DNA of 23,481 nucleotides, taken from a virus. The DNA is taken from the UHGV virus genome UHGV-0138297, one strand, 5' to 3'. The translations under genes and the position numbers were made by a program. The notes under the pieces are model-generated. The model had not been told where the DNA came from. It was given only the letters and a program-made list of their open reading frames with translations, and searched no databases. Positions 18,910 through 23,481 of this stretch are shown one piece after another; the first letter of the stretch is position 1; the number at the start of each line of letters is the position of its first letter.

Positions 18910-19410
18910 CTACGCCTGGCACGCGAATTGACCATGATATTTCCCCCTAAACTCTGAGATTACCAACTCAGCAAGTTCGAGATCATCGAAGTAACCCAAC
19001 CAGATCTGCTTCTTATTTCTACTTCCGCAAACTCTCCATTTCCCATTCTTAACATCAAGCCTGACGCCCTTTATGGGATTCTTTCCTCCGGATGGTTTGC
19101 GTCTGTTATATTGATTTTCTGATTTGGTCGATAATCTGAGGTTTTTAATGCCATTGTTTAATGGGTTTCTATCTAAATGATCCACGTCCATTTCTGGCAT
19201 GCATCCATATACATACAACCAAGCCAGCCGATGCTCTTTATAGATTTTCCCATCTATACGTATTTGCCTGTAACCAGATCCATTAATCGTTCCAGCTCTT
19301 GAGCCAACTTTAATTCTGCGATTGCTGGATTTAACCCAAGTAAAAACCCCTGAAACAGGCTCATAGTGCATAAGGCTTTTCAGGACTTGCTGAGTGATTA
19401 CCATCTTCAT
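18910..19410 (-). CDS. HNH homing endonuclease with AP2-like DNA-binding domain
   Basis: 166 aa with an HNH motif region ([46 protein letters not shown]) and an AP2-like C-terminal segment ([28 protein letters not shown]). AT-rich relative to its neighbours. Start context is GAGGAGAGAGACT-ATGAAGATG. Confidence 0.88.
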   Translation of the reverse strand: MKMVITQQVLKSLMHYEPVSGVFTWVKSSNRRIKVGSRAGTINGSGYRQIRIDGKIYKEHRLAWLYVYGCMPEMDVDHLDRNPLNNGIKNLRLSTKSENQYNRRKPSGGKNPIKGVRLDVKNGKWRVCGSRNKKQIWLGYFDDLELAELVISEFRGKYHGQFACQA

Positions 19411-19502
19411 AGTCTCTCTCCTCGCAATAGAAGCGGGAGCTGTGCGTTGTAGAGAAGCGCCTCACCCATTGCGTTTAAGGGGTAAGTGTTTAGCTGTATG
19501 GA

Positions 19503-19527
19503 TGGTCGCGAATAAAAAAGCCCACGG
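19503..19527 (-). terminator. Rho-independent terminator in the late leader, upstream of the HNH gene
   Basis: On the minus strand: GCCCAC-CGCGCC-GUGGGC followed by UUUUUUAUU. Confidence 0.6.
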
Positions 19528-19792
19528 CGCGGTGGGCAATAGAGGGTAGTGCGTTGAGCTTTTGCTCTTATGGTCCTGGTAGGTATTTGGTGTGTGGTGA
19601 CCGGTGCTGTGTTTTCCGGCATGTAAATGAACTACCCGTCGTCGCCATGGTGAGCCTTTACCTCACCATCTAGCTGATAAGTTAGCGCATCAGCCTGCGC
19701 ATTCACCACAACGATAATTGCACTGCGCCTGTTTCGGTTAGCGTAACGGGATTAACCGGTCACCCCAATGCAATTATCTGTTGTGCAGATAC

Positions 19793-19821
19793 AAAAAAGC
19801 CCCGAGCTATTAACTCAGGGC
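19793..19821 (-). terminator. tR'-like terminator ending a short (~57 nt) late leader RNA
   Basis: On the minus strand: hairpin GCCCUGAG-UUAAUAG-CUCGGGGC followed by UUUUUUGU. The flanking sequence (...TTTTTTGTATCTGCACAACAG...) resembles the sequence after lambda tR' as I recall it. Confidence 0.7.
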
Positions 19822-19857
19822 TTTATTTAACGAGTGCATTTATCCATCGTTGAGTCA

Positions 19858-19886
19858 AATTTACCCAACTTTATTCAAAAAGTCAA
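19858..19886 (-). promoter_or_regulatory. Late promoter pR' (lambda type), presumably containing the Q binding element
   Basis: Minus strand reads TTGACT-17 nt-TAAATT, then TGACTCA and ACGATGG; TTGACT is at plus 19881-19886 and TAAATT at 19858-19863. This is almost the same as lambda pR' as I remember it. It lies directly downstream of Q, with the predicted +1 near 19850. Confidence 0.8.
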
Positions 19887-19928
19887 TATCATGCCGTTAA
19901 TATGTTGCCATCCGTGGAAATCATGCTG

Positions 19929-20552
19929 CTAACGTGTGACCGCATTCAAAATGTTGTCTGCGATTGACTCTTCTTTGTGGCATTGCACCACCAGAGCGTC
20001 ATACAGTGGCTTAACAGTGCGTGACCAGGTGGGTTGAGTAAGGTTTGGGATTAGCATCGTTACAGCGCGATATGCGGCGCTTGCTGGCATTCTTGAATAG
20101 CCGACACCTTTGCATCTTCCGCATTCTTTCTCAACAACTCTCCCCCACAGCTCTGTTTTTGATATATCAACCGCACGGCCTGTACCGTGGCAATCTCTGC
20201 ATCTTGCCCCCGGCGTCGCGGCACTACGGCAATAATCCGCATAAGCGAATGTTGCGAGCACTTGCAGTACCTTTGCCTTAGTATTTCCTTCGAGCTTTGC
20301 CACACCACGGTATTTCCCCGATACCTTGTGTGCAAATTGCATCAGATAGTTGATAGCCTTTTGTTTGTCGTTCTGGCTGAGTTCGTGCTTACCGCAGAAT
20401 GCAGCCATACCGAATCCGGCTTGTGATTGCGCCATCCCCATAGCAGCCATCACATCAGTACCGGAAAGAGAGTCAGAAGCCGTGGCCCGTGGTGAGTCGC
20501 TCATCATCGGGCTTTTTGGCGAATGAAATTTAGCTACGCTTTCGAGTCTCAT
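19929..20552 (-). CDS. Q: Late antiterminator Q (lambda type)
   Basis: 207 aa, essentially matching lambda Q as I recall it (MRLESVAKFHSPKSPMMSDSPRATASDS...), including the zinc-binding Cys cluster CRDCHGTGR...CGRCKG. Confidence 0.93.
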   Translation of the reverse strand: MRLESVAKFHSPKSPMMSDSPRATASDSLSGTDVMAAMGMAQSQAGFGMAAFCGKHELSQNDKQKAINYLMQFAHKVSGKYRGVAKLEGNTKAKVLQVLATFAYADYCRSAATPGARCRDCHGTGRAVDISKTELWGRVVEKECGRCKGVGYSRMPASAAYRAVTMLIPNLTQPTWSRTVKPLYDALVVQCHKEESIADNILNAVTR

Positions 20553-20737
20553 GGCCTTCCCCTTTTTCCCTGTTTGACCATCAGGACGCCGTTAACTATT
20601 ACGTGACGCTCGCCTTTGCTGTCTCGGTTGTACTTGAGCACTGTTCCTCTTGCGCAGGAAAGCATCCTCGCCACTTCGGTCTGATTGCCTCGTGTCTGGA
20701 TAAGAAGCTCTGGTATCGTTTGAATTGTGGCGTTCAT
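20549..20737 (-). CDS. ninH: NinH-like small DNA-binding protein
   Basis: 62 aa. The motif TIPE/DML....GNQTEVAR.L.CSRGTV.KY......G....IVN.VLMV matches lambda NinH as I recall it. ATGA overlap with Q. Confidence 0.78.
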   Translation of the reverse strand: MNATIQTIPELLIQTRGNQTEVARMLSCARGTVLKYNRDSKGERHVIVNGVLMVKQGKRGRP

Positions 20738-21096
20738 ACGTTCTCCAGTTCGGTGATTTTTATTCCAAGCCGTCCGCCTGGTACTTTCACACCACGAATT
20801 ACGCGAATGTCATCGAATTGCTCGTCGTCTTCCGCAAATCCGGCGTGGATAAGGGAGTCGAGTAAACCTTTCAGGATGTTGTCGAGGTCGCGGCGGCGGG
20901 AGTCTGGAACGTCTGCGATGACTTTGATACGGAGTCGTGATTTGGTGAAAATGTCTAACTTGAGTTGGCGAATGATTTGCTGAACGTCTTTTCGGTATTT
21001 CTGGCCTTTATCGCTGATGTAGTATTGGCTTCCCCGTCTTCTCCAGTAGGTATTCAGCGACGGCGGGTATGGAAGCACAAACTGATATTCGTTCAT
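20734..21096 (-). CDS. rusA: Holliday-junction resolvase RusA
   Basis: 120 aa with the RusA pattern (PPS.N.Y.R.......S.....YR..V......L.....K....I.....PD.RRRDLDN..K...D.L..AGF..DD.Q..D.R.V.....GGRL.I.ITE). Confidence 0.88.
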   Translation of the reverse strand: MNEYQFVLPYPPSLNTYWRRRGSQYYISDKGQKYRKDVQQIIRQLKLDIFTKSRLRIKVIADVPDSRRRDLDNILKGLLDSLIHAGFAEDDEQFDDIRVIRGVKVPGGRLGIKITELENV

Positions 21097-21383
21097 GGTT
21101 TAATCTTCCCCTCCTTCAGCAGTATCGCCTGCGTCCTGATCACGCCTTCGAGGTGGTAAAGTCTGGCGTCTTTGTTGTCGAGGTTATGGGTGCGTCGGTC
21201 GATCTCCGCGTGGCAGTCGCTACAAGCCCATGCGCCGATCAGGTCGTCAGGTTTCATTCCCGTTCCGCAAATTCCAGCCATCCGGTAATGTGCCAGAACT
21301 GTAGTTTCAGGATTGCCATTGCATACGCCGTAAATACGTACCTGACATTCTCTGCCGCGTGCTTCTTTGCGTAGATTGGCCAT
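21093..21383 (-). CDS. YbcO-like (DUF1364) putative nuclease
   Basis: 96 aa with conserved Cys/His residues. It sits directly upstream of rusA, as ybcO does in the DLP12-type nin region. Confidence 0.7.
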   Translation of the reverse strand: MANLRKEARGRECQVRIYGVCNGNPETTVLAHYRMAGICGTGMKPDDLIGAWACSDCHAEIDRRTHNLDNKDARLYHLEGVIRTQAILLKEGKIKP

Positions 21384-22105
21384 TAAGCAGCCTCCCCTGT
21401 TACTTTCAGCATTCCGTTATCGAGCAGCTTTCTGGTCAGCCACTGTTGACCACGCCCGGTGATTTTTGTGGTGAACGATATCTGTATTCCGTGATTTGTG
21501 TTGACTGCTGTTTCTTTCACTGTGAAATAGCCGCGCTCCATATATTCCTGCATTGGCACATTGCGCCGGGAACCTGAAGCAATAAGGATTTTGTGATCGC
21601 GCATCCACGCAAACAGTTTGTTTGGACCAATACCGACAACCTTTGCAAAGTTTCCAATCAAAATTCCGCTGGCTTCGCCAACGCGATCGGCAAACTCAAC
21701 TTTAGGTGCGGCAATTGCGAGCTGGTTTTCCAGTTGCATTTTCTGCTCAGCAAGATCAGCAGCAAGGCGCAACGCTTCTGGTAGCGTTTTGGGGATATTA
21801 ACCGCAGCTTCTTCAAGCTCTCGCCAACGGTCAACAAGACGAGCGGTGAATTCCGGCGACAACTGAGCGACGACAATAATGCTGTCTCGCTTACCTTGTT
21901 CGCCCTCAAAAACGTAAGCCTCTACGCCACGAAGTAATCCTAAGTTATTGATTTTTTCGAAAACCACCATTGGGGGATTTCGGATCACACCTCGAGCCGC
22001 CAGTCGTTCAATAGATTGTTTCACCTTGTCATGACGACTTCCCACCAACTCAGCGATTTCAATGCTTGTCATTTTGATGGCATTGCCATTTATTAACTCA
22101 TTCAT
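21383..22105 (-). CDS. Phage antirepressor, Rha N-terminal domain plus Ant/KilAC-type C-terminal domain
   Basis: 240 aa. The N-terminus (ITMTSIEIAELVGSRHDKVKQSIERL) is Rha-like and the C-terminal half is antirepressor-like. Confidence 0.8.
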   Translation of the reverse strand: MNELINGNAIKMTSIEIAELVGSRHDKVKQSIERLAARGVIRNPPMVVFEKINNLGLLRGVEAYVFEGEQGKRDSIIVVAQLSPEFTARLVDRWRELEEAAVNIPKTLPEALRLAADLAEQKMQLENQLAIAAPKVEFADRVGEASGILIGNFAKVVGIGPNKLFAWMRDHKILIASGSRRNVPMQEYMERGYFTVKETAVNTNHGIQISFTTKITGRGQQWLTRKLLDNGMLKVTGEAA

Positions 22106-22274
22106 CGTCTTCTTCCTCGTACATTGAGCTATTCGGATCGCTCATCAGCTCTGCGCAGCAATCGGAGCACACGTGAACTTCCAGCACATGCAGCTTCTGA
22201 CCGCAGTTAGCGCACGTTAAAGCCCGCTCGACGCTTTCTTTCTGGTATTGAAGGGATTGGGATGGGCTAAGCAT
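22098..22274 (-). CDS. Small zinc-ribbon protein (hypothetical), below the ORF-track length cutoff
   Basis: 58-codon ORF (MLSPSQSLQYQKESVERALTCANCGQKLHVLEVHVCSDCCAELMSDPNSSMYEEEDDE) with a CxxC...CxxCC motif and an acidic tail. Its stop overlaps the antirepressor start by 8 nt and its start overlaps the upstream gene's stop. There is no clear SD, so translational coupling would be needed. Confidence 0.4.
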   Translation of the reverse strand: MLSPSQSLQYQKESVERALTCANCGQKLHVLEVHVCSDCCAELMSDPNSSMYEEEDDE

Positions 22275-22677
22275 TATTGGCGTCCTGCATCATGAGAAAG
22301 ACAATCATGGCGGCGCGGAGTGGATTAGACTGATACTGAATTCCGAACTTTTGACAAGATGAAATCGCATCACACCACTCGTGATATTCGCCTTCATATC
22401 TCGTATCGGTACTATCAAACATTATGCTGATTTTGTTTTCAGTGATAATTGGCCACGCATATTCAGGATTATTGCAAGGATTGAAGCAATTTCCGTTTGA
22501 AGAACGGAAGCCATTAATATCCCTTTTTTGCGTCTGCCAAATAGGACCTCTTTCGTCAGTGGGGATCTCAGAATCGAAATCTGCTTCGTCATCAGGTATG
22601 AAGAAATGCTCCTCCATATCTAAAGCCTCACATACTCGCTTGTTAATTTCAAAATCACTTAACTGTGAATAATCCAT
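22267..22677 (-). CDS. Hypothetical AT-rich nin-region protein
   Basis: 136 aa from ATG 22677 (MDYSQLSDFEINKRV...), with SD GAGGAA 6 nt upstream. Acidic and Cys-containing. Visibly AT-richer than its neighbours. The ORF-track start at 22719 is a GTG extension overlapping NinE. Confidence 0.65.
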   Translation of the reverse strand: MDYSQLSDFEINKRVCEALDMEEHFFIPDDEADFDSEIPTDERGPIWQTQKRDINGFRSSNGNCFNPCNNPEYAWPIITENKISIMFDSTDTRYEGEYHEWCDAISSCQKFGIQYQSNPLRAAMIVFLMMQDANNA

Positions 22678-22679
22678 TG

Positions 22680-22856
22680 TCATTTCCTCGCACGATGCCT
22701 TAGCCACCGGATATCCCACAGGTGAGCCGTGTAGTTGAAGGTTTTTACGTCAGATTCTTTTGGGATTGGCTTGCGTTTATTTCTGGAGCGTTTCGTTGGA
22801 AGGTATTTGCAGTTTTCGCAGATTATGTCGGTGATACTTCGTCGCTGTCGTCTCAT
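22680..22856 (-). CDS. ninE: NinE-like protein
   Basis: 58 aa from the internal ATG ([58 protein letters not shown]), with SD GGAGGT upstream. Resembles lambdoid NinE as I recall it. Confidence 0.75.
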   Translation of the reverse strand: MRRQRRSITDIICENCKYLPTKRSRNKRKPIPKESDVKTFNYTAHLWDIRWLRHRARK

Positions 22857-23197
22857 TCGTACCTCCTGTCGGTAAATCTGACACCCTGACCAATAGCCCA
22901 TGCTGTTGTGTACTCGATCAGACTTGCCATACGCTTCACGCTCATCTGCGCGCTGCTTTCGCGAATGTTGACGTATTCACCTTCAAGGCCGGGCAAAACA
23001 TCAGCTTCCTGCTTTGTTGCCACTGCATGACCGCTTATCAACAAAACCTTCCATTGTTCTGGTTTTAACCATTTGCCGCACCATTGAACCTGACTTGCGA
23101 TATCCGCCAGCATCGCGTGAAATTTTGCGTTCTGGTCAAGGTTGCGCTTGTAGTCAGTAATGCGGATGGTGATTGGCTTGTCTTTATCGAGTGGTGT
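22853..23197 (-). pseudogene. ninB: ninB-like recombination gene, 5'-truncated by the IS insertion
   Basis: The open frame without a start codon reads ...PLDKDKPITIRITDYKRNLDQNAKFHAMLADIASQVQWCGKWL..., which matches lambda NinB from about residue 25 onward as I recall it. The frame runs upstream into the IS terminus with no N-terminal region. Confidence 0.7.
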
Positions 23198-23481
23198 TGA
23201 CCTGCCCCCAGGATTAGATACAACCGTCAGTTAGTAAGGTCGGTTTGTTTACCTTCACATTTTCCATTTCGCCACCGTGCTGCAAACTCTGATGGCGTCT
23301 GATAATTCAGTGCTGAATGTGGACGACACTCGTTATAATCCTGCCGCCAGTCATTAATGATTTTCCTTGCGTGAACGATATCGCTGAACCAGTGCTCATT
23401 CAGGCATTCATCGCGAAATCGTCCGTTAAAGCTCTCAATAAATCCGTTCTGCGTTGGCTTGCCCGGCTGGATTAAGCGCAA
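23198..23481 (-). mobile_element. IS3-family insertion sequence, right end only; continues beyond the window
   Basis: A terminal sequence beginning TGACCTGCCCCCAGG... at about 23198 is adjacent to the transposase 3' end. The boundary is inferred from where NinB similarity stops and a TG...-type end begins. Confidence 0.75.
23227..23481 (-). CDS. IS3-family transposase OrfB, C-terminal fragment (5' end outside the window)
   Basis: The translation (...[24 protein letters not shown]...[18 protein letters not shown]...) has the conserved C-terminal motifs of IS3-family DDE transposases. Confidence 0.85.
   Translation of the reverse strand: MRLIQPGKPTQNGFIESFNGRFRDECLNEHWFSDIVHARKIINDWRQDYNECRPHSALNYQTPSEFAARWRNGKCEGKQTDLTN

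Noticed and set aside
18899-18935. ATG at 18935 as the holin start (117-aa form)
   Set aside because: It overlaps the HNH gene by 26 nt and adds an Arg-rich extension absent from lambda S. TTG 18899 with its SD is the more likely primary start, although a minor longer antiholin-like form is not excluded.
19407-19622. 71-aa minus-strand ORF in the late leader
   Set aside because: It overlaps the terminator at 19503-19527 and the HNH start region, has no RBS and a Pro/Arg-rich translation. The region is better explained as pR' leader.
1-23481. CRISPR arrays, tRNA or rRNA genes, integrase and att sites
   Set aside because: I saw no regularly spaced direct repeats, no cloverleaf-like conserved tRNA features in the non-coding gaps, and no integrase-like ORF. 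The prophage ends appear to lie outside this window.

Overview
This window reads as the late (right) arm of a P22-like lambdoid prophage from an enterobacterial (E. coli/Shigella-type) genome, with every credible gene on the minus strand except one small moron gene. All calls rest on my reading of the ORF translations and on motifs found by eye; no database search was run. Reading from high to low coordinates (the direction of transcription): a partial IS3-family element (23198-23481) truncates a ninB-like gene; then a nin-type region (NinE, an AT-rich unknown ORF, a small zinc-ribbon ORF, Rha/Ant antirepressor, YbcO-like, RusA, NinH); a lambda-type Q antiterminator with a recognisable pR' late promoter and short tR' leader; an HNH homing endonuclease sitting at the 5' end of a lambda S-like holin; T4-type lysozyme; Rz with embedded Rz1; a KilA-N protein and small unknown ORFs; then the P22-type morphogenesis block (terS, terL, portal, scaffold, coat, gp4, gp10, tail needle, gp14, gp7, gp20, gp16). 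The most interesting part is the accessory locus downstream of gp16 (194-1750): a P63C-domain protein with its own near-consensus promoter overlapped by two copies of a ~33-bp palindrome, tandem terminators, and a divergent AT-rich gene for a membrane-anchored coiled-coil protein whose reading frame is split at an A7 tract followed immediately by a stop codon. No tailspike, integrase, tRNA or CRISPR array is visible in the window.
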